A program made the translations under genes and the position numbers. A stretch of 64,000 nt of DNA, from assembly GCF_009914755.1 (NCBI RefSeq), contig NC_060925.1, one strand, 5' to 3'. Source of the stretch: the human T2T-CHM13v2.0 reference genome, Homo sapiens. Below are positions 29,196-46,023 of the stretch, piece by piece. Positions within the stretch are counted from its first letter, which is position 1; each line of letters starts with the position of its first letter. A model generated the notes under the pieces. That model saw only the letters and a list, made by a program, of their open reading frames with translations. It did not search any database and was not told where the DNA came from.

Positions 29196-30901
29196 GTCCC
29201 TCTCCTTCCCCCTCCCCCTCCCCCTCCCGCTCCCTCTTCTTCGTCTCCCGCTTTCCATGGTCTCTCTCTGTTGCCGAGGCTGGATTGTACTGCCGTGATC
29301 TCGGCTCACTGCAACCTCCCTGCCTGATTCTCCTGCCTCGGCCTGCCGAGTGCCTGGGATCGCAGGCGCGCGCCGCCACGCCTGACTGGTTTTTGTATTT
29401 TTTGGTGGAGACAGGGTTTCGCCGTGTTGGCCGGGCTGGTCTCCAGCTCCTGACCTCGAGTGATCTGCCCGCCTCGGCCTCCCGAGGTGCCTCGCTCACT
29501 CAGTGCTCAATGTTGCCCAGGCTGGAGTGCAGTGGCCTGATCTCAGCTCGCTACAACCTCCACCTCCCAGCCGCCTGCCTTGGCCTCCCAAAGTGCTGAC
29601 ATTGCCGCCTCTGCACGGCCGCCACCCCGTCTAGGAAGTGAGGAGCGTCTCTAACTGGCTGCCCATCGTCTGGGATGTGAGGAGCCCCTCTGCCCAGCCG
29701 CCCAGTCTGGGAAGTGAGGAGCGTCTCTTCCCGGCCGCCACCCCGTCTAGGAAGTGAGGAGCGTCTCTAACTGGCCGCCCATCGTCTGGGATGTGAGGAG
29801 CCCCTCTGCCCAGCCGCCCAGTCTGGGAAGTGAGGAGCGCCTCTTCCCGGCCGTCATCCCGTCTAGGAAGTGAGGAGCGTTTCTGCCTGGCCGCCCATCA
29901 TCTGGGATGTGGGGAGCGCCTCTGCCCGGCCGCCCCGTCTGGGATGTGAGGAGCACCTCTGCCCGGCCGCCCCGTCTGGGAGGTGAGGAGCGTCTCTACC
30001 CGGCCGCCACCCCGTCTGGGAAGTGAGGAGCGCCTCTGCCCGGCCGCGACCCCGTCTGGGAACTGAGGAGCGCCTCTGCCCGGCTGCCCCGTCTGAGAAG
30101 TGAGGAGCCCCTCCGCCCGGCCGCCCCGTCTGGGAAGTGAGGAGCCCCTCCGCCCAGCAGCCGCCCCGTCTGGGAGGTGGGGGGCGACCCCGCCCAGCAG
30201 CCGCCCCGTCTGGGAGGTGGGGGGCGCCCCCACCTGGCAGCCGCCCCATCTGAGAGGTGAGGGGCGCCCACGCCCGGCAGCCACCCTGTCTGGGAGGTGG
30301 GGGGCACCTCTGCCTGGCCGCCACGTCTGGGGGGTGGGGGGGCCCCTCTGCCCGTCCACCACCCCGTCTGGGAGGTGTACCCAACAGCTCATTGAGAACG
30401 GGCCATGATGACGATGGCGGTTTTGTCAAATAGAAAAGGGGGAAATGTGGGGAAAAGAGAGATCAGATTGTTAGTGTGTCTGTGTATAAAGAAGTAGACA
30501 TAGGAGACTCCATTTTGTTCTGTACTAAGAAAAATTCTTCTGCCTTGGGATGCTGTTAATCTATAACCTTACCCCCAACCCCGTGCTCTCTGAAACATGT
30601 GCTGTGTCCACTCAGGGTTAAATGGATTAAGGGCGGTGCAAGATGTGCTTTGTTAAACAGATGCTTGAAGGCAGCATGCTCGTTAAGAGTCACCACCACT
30701 CCCTAATCTCAAGTACCCAGGGACACAAACACTGCGGAAGGCCGCAGGGTCCTCTGCCTAGGAAAACCAGAGACCTTTGTTCACATGTTTATCTGCTGAC
30801 CTTCTCTCCACTATTGTCCTATGACCCTGCCAAATCCCCCTCTCCGAGAAACACCCAAGAATGATCAATAAATACTAAAAAAATTAAAAAAAAAAAAAAA
30901 A
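29196..30901 (+). mobile_element. SVA (older, SVA_B-like): hexamer region, Alu-like region, VNTR, SINE-R, poly(A)
   Basis: CCCTCY repeats at 29197-29240, antisense Alu-like part, GC-rich VNTR ~29610-30375, SINE-R, AATAAA 30867-30872, A-tract 30877-30901. Confidence 0.97.
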
Positions 30902-31796
<895 letters not shown>

Positions 31797-32142
31797 AAAA
31801 GGCAGTGGTCTCCTTCTAGCCCTTCCCCTTTGCTAAGCCCGTGTGAAATGAATTAGAATAAGCAGATCATAAAGATGACAGAGATCAGGAGCACAAGCAG
31901 GGAAAACCCAATGAAGGTTCAACCCCAGAGCCTCATCCTCACGGCTGGTTGGCCAGGAATGCTGTGCCGTGGCTGGGGACACATCTGATTCTTCTGCATC
32001 CTAAGGACAAGAGGAAGCCTTCCCTGCCAGAACCACTTCTCCAGGTCATGGAAACTCCCACCCTTCCATGCTAGAACACAGGCCAGACCAGTCTCTGCTG
32101 AGTCTTCCATACTTCCTCTCAGAGTCAGAAAACCCAAGTGTC

Positions 32143-33183
32143 TAACACCAAAAGCAATGGTAACAAAAGCCAAAATTGACAAATGGGATCTAATTAAACT
32201 AAAGAGCTTCTGCACAGCAAAAGAAACCACCATCAGAGTGAACAGCAACCTACAGAATGGGAGAAAAATTTTGCAACCTACTCATCTGACAAAGGGCTAA
32301 TATCCAGAATCTACGATGAACTCAAACAAATTGACAAGAAAAAAACAAACAACCCCATCAAAAAGTGGGCGAAGGACATGAACAGACACTTCTCAAAAGA
32401 AGACATTTATGCAGCCAAAAGACACATGAAAAAATGCTCACCATCACTGGCCATCAGAGAAATGCAAATCAAAACCACAATGAGATACCATCTCACACCA
32501 GTTAGAATGGCGATCATTAAAAAGTCAGGAAACAACAGGTGCTGGAGAGGATGTGGAGAAATAGGAACACTTTTACACTGTTGGTGGGACTGTAAACTAG
32601 TTCAACCATTGTGGAAGTCAGTGTGGCGATTCCTCAGGGATCTAGAACTAGAAATACCATTTGACCCAGCCATCCTGTTACTGGGTATATGCCCAAAGGA
32701 TTATAAATCATGCTGCTGTAAAGACACATGTACACATATGTTTATTGCAGCACTATTCATAATAGCAAAGACTTGGAACCAACCCAAATGTCCAACAATG
32801 ATAGACTGGATTAAGAAAATGTGGCACAAATACACCATGGAATACTATGTAGCCATAAAAAATGATGAGTTCATGTCCTTTGTAGGGACATGGATGAAGC
32901 TGGAAACCATCATTCTCAGCAAACTATCACAAGGACAAAAAACCAAACACCGCATGTTCTCACTCATAGGTGGGAATTGAACAATGACAACACTTGGACA
33001 CAGGAAGGGGACCATCACACACCAGGGACTGTTGTGGGGTGGGGGTAGGGGGGAGGGATAGCATTGGGAGATATACCTAATGCTAAATGACGAGTTAATG
33101 GGTGCAGCACACCAACATGGCACATGCATACATATGTAACAAACCTGCACGTTGTGCACATGTACCCTAAAACTTAAAAGTAC

Positions 33184-33219
<36 letters not shown>

Positions 33220-33222
33220 AAT
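32143..33222 (+). mobile_element. 5'-truncated L1PA4/5-like element (ORF2 C-terminus plus 3'UTR)
   Basis: ORF 32378-32980 is the L1 ORF2p C-terminal region; 3'UTR with G-tract and (AAT)n tail. Confidence 0.95.
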
Positions 33223-33851
33223 TGTACCCTTCCACACTAACAATGATAATCACGTTTGCATTATACATAATTATTTTCTTTTGGTGGGGGGAATATGTGG
33301 TTTTCTTTGACAGCACAATCAGAATTACATTATGGCAGACTCATCACAAATGTAGGTCAAAAACAGTTCAATTTCCTGCAATAGTTGGTAGTCAATTCTA
33401 AAACAAGATGGTGAGAGGAGACAGAAGATTTTTTGAGGTTTAGGGGGAAAAGAGCTGACCATTTGAAAGTGAGATATGAACCCCTTTCTTTGTTTAATTC
33501 TGGTATACTTATTTTTACTGCTGCTTAACTGCCTATTATTTAATAAAAATTAGAACGTCATTTTATTTATAAACAGACTTGTAAACAAAGTCCATCTCTT
33601 GGTCAGTTAGTTTATAAATTTGTCTGAGGTGAACAAAGACTCTTTACTTCTTCCCCACTAGGACCACACAACAAATACCACAAACAAGACTGCTCTGGAA
33701 ACACTTCCCACAGACTGTGTGAGAATGTGTGTATGGGGTTGTGTTTCTGTATGTCAATCTCCATTTCAAAACCAAATTGAATTTCTTAATTACTGTGGCT
33801 TATGCAAATAAAATCTTAAGTTTCCTGGAAAAAAAAAAAAAAAAAAAAGAA
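33223..33851 (+). other. L1 3' transduction (~0.6 kb) with a second poly(A)
   Basis: TSD agaaaacccaagtgtc at 32127-32142 versus agaaaaccaagtgtc at 33852-33866; AATAAA at 33807-33812, poly(A) from 33829. Confidence 0.88.
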
Positions 33852-34079
33852 AGAAAACCAAGTGTCAGAAAACAAAGACTCGACCACACATGTGGGGACT
33901 CTGCCTTAAGAGCAGGACAAGCTTAAATAACTCCAGCAGGCAGAATTGGAGAATTTGCCTCTAGCTGTCCATACCTCAATCAGTGCCCCATTGGTTTGAC
34001 CTGACTTTCTATCTTTCAAACATGCATTCAACATTCATCAAAAGTCTACACAGGTGCCCCATAGATGGTGTCACATGAG

Positions 34080-34770
34080 CTCAAAATCTGATGGAGAAGA
34101 CTGGCTCCCTTGTGACCACATCCAGTCTTACGTTTTAGGCACCATCCAGTCCTAGTCTCCCAATTTTGTATCTCTAGCCCTGACGGCCTTGAACTCAAAA
34201 ACCACATATTCAAGTGCACGTTAAATGCCTTCTCCACCTGGATATCTAATAGACATCTAAAATTTTATAGGGCCAAACTGAATCTTAACTTCCAGCTCCT
34301 CCTGTTGCTGTCCCCATCTCAGGAAACAGCTACTTCTTTCCATAATCATTAAGGCCAAGGAGACTGGAATCATCCTCATCTCCTTTCTCCCATAGCCCAC
34401 ACCCAATGCAACAACAAATCCTGTCCACTCTGTGTTTGGAATACAGCACAGAGCTGGCCACTTCTCATCATGTCCCCACTTCCAGGAGACCCAAGCCTCC
34501 TTCTTCTCTGCCCTGAACAGCAGCCTCCAGCCTCACCCCTTTCACTCCATTTTCCCCACGATGGCAAAGGCCTGTCACAGCAGGTCCCTTTTCTGCTCAG
34601 AACCCTCCAAGGGTTTCCTGTGCCTCAGGATCAAGGCCAAAGTCCCTGCATGGCCTATGAGGCCCTGCAGGATCTACCACCTTCTGCCACCTCCCAGCCT
34701 CACTTTTTCCCTTCCAGAACTCCTACCCACTGGCTCTGCTCTAGCCTCTAACCACTGACCTCCTGCATAC
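34080..34770 (+). mobile_element. L2 fragment
   Basis: ctccacctggatatctaatagacatct and aaggccaaagtccctgcatggcctatgaggccctg are typical L2 motifs. Confidence 0.65.
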
Positions 34771-35092
34771 CCTCCTTTGCTTGTGAGAGGAATTCAAACT
34801 AGCAGAGCATAAAAACAACACCTGGGATGATCTAGAATGAGGATTCCAAAACTGCAGGTCTTCCTAGTCAACATGACTGGCTTGGCCAAAGTGGGCTGTG
34901 CCACAGCAAGACCATCCTCCAAACGGTGGCCCTGTACCCTTTACATTTCCTGTGCCCTTAGCCTAGAAGCTTTCCCTAGATACCTACATGGGATACCACA
35001 CCATACATGATATTCCATGATTCAGCTCTCTGCTCATAGCTCTCTTTCCCCTGGGAAAGACCATCCCTGACCACCCTATAAAAACCAGCAAT

Positions 35093-35420
35093 CACAGCCA
35101 TAAAAAAGGATGAGTTAATGTCCTTTGCAGGGACATGGATGAAGCTGGAAACCATCATCCTCAGCAAACTAACACAGGAACAGAAAACCAAACACTGCAT
35201 GTTCTCACTCATAAGTGGGAGTTGAACAATGAGAACACATGGACAAAGGGAGGGGAACATCACACACCGGGGCCTGTCAGGGGGTTGGGGGCTAGGGGAG
35301 GGATATTAGGAGAAATACGTAATGTAGATGATGGGTTGATGAGTGCAGAAAACCACCACGGCACATGTATACCTATGTAACAAACCTGCATGTTCTGCAC
35401 AAGTATCCCAGAACTTAAAG

Positions 35421-35471
<51 letters not shown>
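35093..35471 (+). mobile_element. L1PA7/8-like 3' fragment with (TAA)n tail
   Basis: L1 3' end; degenerate TSD aaaaccagcaatc / aaagccagcactc. Confidence 0.85.
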
Positions 35472-35474
<3 letters not shown>

Positions 35475-36481
35475 GCCAGCACTCCTGCCATCACTTTCTT
35501 ACCCTGTGTGCTTTGTCTTCATAGGACCAGACATGTTAGATATTTCCATGCCTGCCTCCCCATTAGCATGTAACCTCCATGAAGGCGGTGGCTTTGTTTT
35601 TCTCACTGCTATTCCCCAGCATCTAGGCCAGTGTCAAGACATAATAGGTACCCATGAAATATTTGTGGAATGAATGATTGAAGAGGACTCTAGCCCTTTA
35701 CCAATGTTTCACAGAACCCTGCTGAACCTCAAGGGAAGATGATTAGCCCAGTCTTTTCTGGGAGAAGCTGCAGAAGGGGTGCAGGGGGCCCCAGATGCCC
35801 CCCCGCCTCTGCTGCAGGCTTCCCAGACTCACTTCTGCCCAGAGGGGAAAGAGAAGAGGGCTGAAGACTGTGCAGTAAATGTGTGTGTGACCCTGCTGCA
35901 GGAGCTTGGAGGCCAAGGGCTGAGATGCATCTTAAACAAAGCTTTGAGGTTAAGCATTTGGCTGGGAACCACTCATTAGTGCATCATGTCATTAGAAGCA
36001 ATTAGCACCTCCGGCTCCCCAGGGCTTGGCTTGTAAGCCATTAACCCTTTGGCTTCCTGTAGAGCCGGGAAGCCACGCTGACCTGACCTGGACAAGGCTT
36101 GTGACAGACCCTGGCTGGCCTCCGGGTCACCTAGAGAGTTTTGACCCTGGGGTCTTCACCTTTGCCCCAGAAAAGTCTGCCCTTTCTGCAGAGGTTGGAA
36201 GCCTTCCTCCCATCTCCCTCCTGTAAGCTCTTCCCCTTGGGAGTCAGCTCAGGGGTACAGGAAGCCATCTTACTCTCTCCATGGGGATCTCTTCCATCAC
36301 AGGGATGGGGGTTAAGAGGGTGAGAACTCCCCCAAATTCCAGAGTCTACATCCACAACCAAGGCCTTGGAAATGCAAAGCAAAGTCCAGAAAAGTTTTGA
36401 TGGTTTCAAACACTGTGACGCAAGACATATTCACTGCATCACTATCAGCCTTCAACACCCATATCTGTTGGTTCCAACTTA

Positions 36482-37084
<603 letters not shown>

Positions 37085-39379
37085 TTAGCAAATCATGAAC
37101 CCACTTTTCCAAGTGCTTCCCATGAGCCAGCCCTGTACTTGGCACCGAGGGAGGTACAAAGGGTGACTAACGTTGATTGTCGGCTTGCTGTGCGCTGTGT
37201 ACTGACCAGGTGATACATTGTGTATCATTTAATCAAGGCTTACAACAACTCTATGCAGTAGAAAATTAAGGCTTTGAGAATCTGAACTACACAGCCACCA
37301 ATACCAGGCTGAACTCAGACTTCCCCTCTACAACATGGAATGTCAGAACCACAATTTCAAACCTTCTCCATTGTCTGCAACCTCCTGGCTCTCAGCTAAT
37401 TCCTCTCCCTCACTCTCCATAGAAAATAAAAGCCATTCCTAAGGATTCCCTTGTCTTCCCAATTCCAAACCCTTCTAGCCTATCCCATGCTGTCTTCATT
37501 CCTGCTACAGAGGAGCTACCTCTTCCTCCATCTAAATGGACTCTTGCCAAGAGTCTCGACTCTTCCCTACTCTTCAAGAACAGTATACGTTCCTGTTTCT
37601 TTCTAACGTGTGTTCAGTCATTTCCTCTCCACTAGTATCTTCTCATTTTAAATGTGCTCAAGACTCTATCGTTAAGAAAAAAATTCCCTACCCCACTCCT
37701 CGTCTCCCTCCAGCCTTGTCTCTCTCTCCTTCACAGCTAAATTTATAGAAAACACAATCTGTCTATACTTTCTGTCTCCATTTCCTTACTTCCCACTCAC
37801 TCTCCAACCCTGTCAATTCTGCCTTCTGGTCCCATTGATCCACCCAAACAGATCTACTACCCATGGGCTCAGTGGCTATTTTTCCGTTTTCTTGTTAATT
37901 TACTGCTCAGTGCCTCTGACTGCTCTTGCTCACCCTCCTTTCAGAAACACTCCTCCGGGCCAGAGCATCTCAGACCTCACTGTGCACACGCATCACCTGG
38001 GGAATCTGTCTCAAATGGAGATTCAGATCGACACCGGGGTGGAGCTGGAGGGACTGCCTTCCCACCATGCTCCCTGGTGATGTGATGATGCCCTCTGTGG
38101 GACCACACTTTGAGCAGCAATGCCCTGAGCTTCCTCCCACAATACCATACTCCTTTCCTGCTCCTGCTCTTTCTCTGCCTCCTTTCAGTCTCCGTGCCAA
38201 GGCCTCTGCTCCTCTCTCCGATTTGGGGGACTTCCCACTTGTGCATTGGTTACTCACAACGTCATGATCCAGGCCAGCCATCCCTCTGTGGGCCAGGCCC
38301 ATCACCCCTTTGGGATGCTCTCGATGTCCCCCCACCCACTCTCTCCTCTTCTGTTGCCTACCCCCCAACTCAGTGAATGGAATCATGCCTCCATCTCTTT
38401 ATCTAAGTAAGGCTCACCTAGAAGCTTCCTCTTCTTCACAACCCCATGGCTAATCTACCACTCTATCTCTATCTCCGTCTGTCCCCACCCTACACCAAGC
38501 TCATTCCTAAACTGCCGTATTAACTCCTAACTGGTCAGCCACATTTGCTCTGGTCCTTGCCAATCTGTTCTTCACACTGCACGCAGAAGGTGGTGAGGTC
38601 ATGCCAACCTCCCAAATGCCCCAAACATTCAATGGCTCCTCCTTGCTCTTCAATAAGGAAAATTAAAGTATACAAGGCTTTCCACATGGCCTGGCCCTTA
38701 GTGACCTCCCAGCTTCATATCCACCAGCTTTCCAGCCAAATCCTGCCTGTTTCTGTCCTTTGTATCTGCCACACTCTTGCACTGCAGAGCCACAGGACCT
38801 TTGCGCGGTTCTCTCTGCCTACAACACTCTTAGCATACCCATCTTTCAGATCTCAGCCTAGTGTCCTTCCTTGGTCAGGTCAAGCCCACTACTACACAGT
38901 GTCATGACACCGTAACTTCTCCTTGGTGGTACTTATTATAAAAGTAAATCTCCATGCTTCCAAGTGATTGTTTCACAAGTATCTGTCTTCTCACCAGGCT
39001 GAATGCTTCATGAGAGCAGACACCACATGTGAGTTTGCCCATCTTTGAATCCATGTCCCAAGCTCAGTATTAGGTACATGGTAAATTCTCAATAATTTAA
39101 TATTTTGTTTGTATTTACTTAGTGTTTGGCTAGACACTCTCCTAAAAACTTTACCTATATTGATTTGTCTAATCCTCACAACAGCCCTATACGGTAGATA
39201 CTATTACTATCATCTCCATTTTACAGACGAAGAACTAAGGCAGAAAGAAATTAAGTAATGGGGCCCAAGTCACTGTTACACAAAGGTGGGATTCAAACAT
39301 AAGTATTCCACTTCGAATCCATTTTCTTCACCATGATGCTGATAAATTGACTCGACACTAATTTTTTTAAAGCCCATTT

Positions 39380-40193
39380 TAGGGATTAACTGACAAAGGA
39401 CAGTTAATCTCTAAAGGACTTTAATATTAAGAAATCTCTTAACACGAAGTATCCCATTAAATGAGAAAAAAAAATGTTAAGGTCTTCTGAATAAATCCTA
39501 AACAGGCATTTCATAAAATTAGGCATGTAACCCTGATTAAAATAAGCATTCAAAACTAGGAAAAAGAATATTTCCTTACTATGATAAAGCTTCAATTTTA
39601 GAACAATACTCTACATTGTACTTAAGGTGAAACACCTGATTAAGATTGGGAACAAGACAGAGGTGCCACCATCACCTCTGGGATTTCACGGCTTATTGGA
39701 AGAGTTAACCCATGTGACACAAGAAAAAGAAATGAGAAAAGAGGAAGCAAAATTATGGTTCGTAGATGATACATTAATATACCTAGAAAACCCAGGAGAA
39801 TTCATTATAAAGCTATTATAGATAATATGAAATTTTAATAAACTAGCCAAATGCAAAATAATATACAAAAATCAGTAACATTCCTATATGTCAATGACAG
39901 ATAAAAATATAAAGAAAAAAGATCTTGTTTATGGTAACTACAAAATGCATATAGTACATATAAACTTAACAAGAAGTGTGCAGGCACCATATGAAAATGA
40001 CTTTTACAGAGGGATAAAAAATTTGAATAACTGGAGAGACATAGCATAATCTTGAGTGGATACAGAAAGGTTAATTTATGATATTAACCTCTTGACAAGT
40101 TACAGAAAAGTTAATTTATAAGTTTAATGCAATTCGGATGAAAAGCCCAATGACCCGTTTTAAGTTTGGTAAAATGATACCTAAGTTTAACTG
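39380..40193 (+). mobile_element. Old L1M ORF2 remnant, interrupted by the young L1 and resuming at ~46290-46920
   Basis: Degenerate RT motifs (gtagatgatacattaatatacctagaaaaccc); collinear continuation after the insertion. Confidence 0.7.
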
Positions 40194-40208
40194 GAAAAAT
40201 AGATTGTC

Positions 40209-41115
40209 GGGGGGAGGAGCCAAGATGGCCGAATAGGAACAGCTCCCGTCCACAGCTCCCAGCGTGAGGGAGGCAGAAGAGGGGTGATTTCTGCATTTCC
40301 ATCTGAGGTACCAGGTTCATCTCACTAGGGAGAGCCAGACAGTGGGCGCAGGTCAGTGGGTGCGCGCACCGTGCACGAGCCGAAGCAGGGCGAGGCATTG
40401 CCTCACTCGGGACGTGCAAGGGGGCAGGGAGTTCCCTTTCCTAATCAAAGAAAGGGGTGACGGACGGCACCTGGAGAATCGGGTCACTCCCACCCGAATA
40501 CTGCGCTTTTCCGACGGGCTTAAAAAACGGCGCACCACGAGATTATATCCCGCACCTGGCTCGGAGGGTCCTACCCCACGGAGTCTCGCTGATTGCTAGC
40601 ACAGCAGTCTGAGATCAAACTGCAAGGCAGCAGCGAGGCTGGGGGAGGGGCACCCACCATTGCCCAGGCTTGCTTAGGTAAACAAAGCAGCCGGGAAGCT
40701 CGAACTGGGTGGAGCCCACCACAGCTCAAGGAGGCCTGCCTGCCTCTGTAGGCTCCACCTCTGGGGGCAGGGCACAGACAAACAAAAAGACAGCAGTAAC
40801 CTCTGCAGACTTAAATGTCCCTGTCTGACAGCTTTGAAGAGAGCAGTGGTTCTCCCAGTACGCAGCTGGAGATCTGAGAACTGGCAGACTGCCTCCTCAA
40901 GTGGGTCCCTGACCCCTGACCCCCGAGCAGCCTAACTGGGAGGCACCCCCCAGCAGGGGCACACTGACACCTCACACTGCAGGGTACTCCAACAGACCTG
41001 CAGCTGAGGATCCTGTCTGTTAGAAGGAAAACTAACAAACAGAAAGGACATTCACAACAAAAACCCATCTGTACATCGCCATCATCAAAGACCAAAAGTA
41101 GATAAAACCACAAAG
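40209..41115. promoter_or_regulatory. L1 5'UTR with sense and antisense promoters
   Basis: CpG-rich; YY1 site caagatggccg intact at the 5' end. Activity is inferred from known L1 biology. Confidence 0.7.
40571..40660 (-). pseudogene. L1 ORF0, truncated to 29 codons
   Basis: MVGAPPPASLLPCSLISDCCASNQRDSVG*; a 1-nt deletion (ctaccccacg versus consensus ctacgcccacg) creates TAG. Confidence 0.8.
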
Positions 41116-42132
41116 ATCGGGAAAAAACAGAACAGAAAAACTGGAAACTCTAAAAAGCAGAGCGCCTCTCCTCCTCCAAAGGAACGCAGCTCCTCACCAG
41201 CAACGGAACAAAGCTGGACGGAGAATGACTTTGACGAGCTGAGAGAAGAAGGCTTCAGACGATCAAATTACTCTGAGCTACAGGAGGACATTCAAACCAA
41301 AGGCAAAGGAGTTGAAAACTTTGAAAAAAATTTAGAAGAATGTATAACTAGAATAACCAATACAGAGAAGTGCTTAAAGGAGCTGATGGAGCTGAAAACC
41401 AAGGCTCGAGAACTACATGAAGAATGCAGAAGCCTCAGGAGCCGATGCGATCAACTGGAAGAAAGGGTATCAGCAATGGAAGATGAAATGAATGAAATGA
41501 AGTGAGAAGGGAAGTTTAGAGAAAAAAGAATAAAAAGAAATGAGCAAAGCCTTCAAGAAATATGGGACTATGTGAAAAGACCAAATCTACGTCCGACTGG
41601 TGTACCTGAAAGTGATGGGGAGAATGGAACCAAGTTGGAAAACACTCTGCAGGATATTATCCCGGAGAATTTCCCCAATCTAGCAAGGCAGGCCAACGTT
41701 CAGATTCAGGAAATACAGAGAACGCCACAAAGATACTCCTCGAGAAGAGCAACTCCAAGACACATAATTGTCAGATTCACCAAAGTTGAAATGAAGGAAA
41801 AAATGTTAAGGGCAGCCAGAGAGAAAGGTCAGGTTACCCTCAAAGGGAAGTCCATCAGACTAACAGCAGATCTCTCGGCAGAAACCCTACAAGCCAGAAG
41901 AGAGTGGGGGCCAATATTCAACATTCTTAAAGGAAAGAATTTTCAACCCAGAATTTCATATCCAGCCAAACTAAGCTTCATAAGTGAAGGAGAAATAAAA
42001 TACTTTACAGACAAGCAAATGCTGAGAGATTTTGTCACCACCAGGCCTGCCCTAAAAGAGCTCCTGAAGGAAGTGCTAAACATGGAAAGGAACAACCGGT
42101 AGCAGCCACTGCAAAATCATGCCAAAATGTAA
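41116..42132 (+). pseudogene. L1 ORF1p, disabled
   Basis: 1017 nt, in frame; ATG>ATC at 41116, TGA at 41503, TAG at 42100. Confidence 0.93.
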
Positions 42133-42180
42133 CGACCATCGAGACTAGGAAGAAACTGCATCAACTAACGAGCAAAATAA

Positions 42181-46023
<3,843 letters not shown>

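Noticed and set aside
29610-30375. Regularly spaced repeats superficially like a CRISPR array
   Set aside because: This is the SVA VNTR: there are no unique spacers and the context is eukaryotic.
29039-30864. Several 100-190 aa ORFs on both strands
   Set aside because: They are products of the GC-rich SVA Alu-like/VNTR sequence, not genes.
32378-32980. Near-identical peptide to 45421-46023, suggesting a local duplication
   Set aside because: They are independent L1 insertions with different TSDs and different 3'UTR diagnostics.
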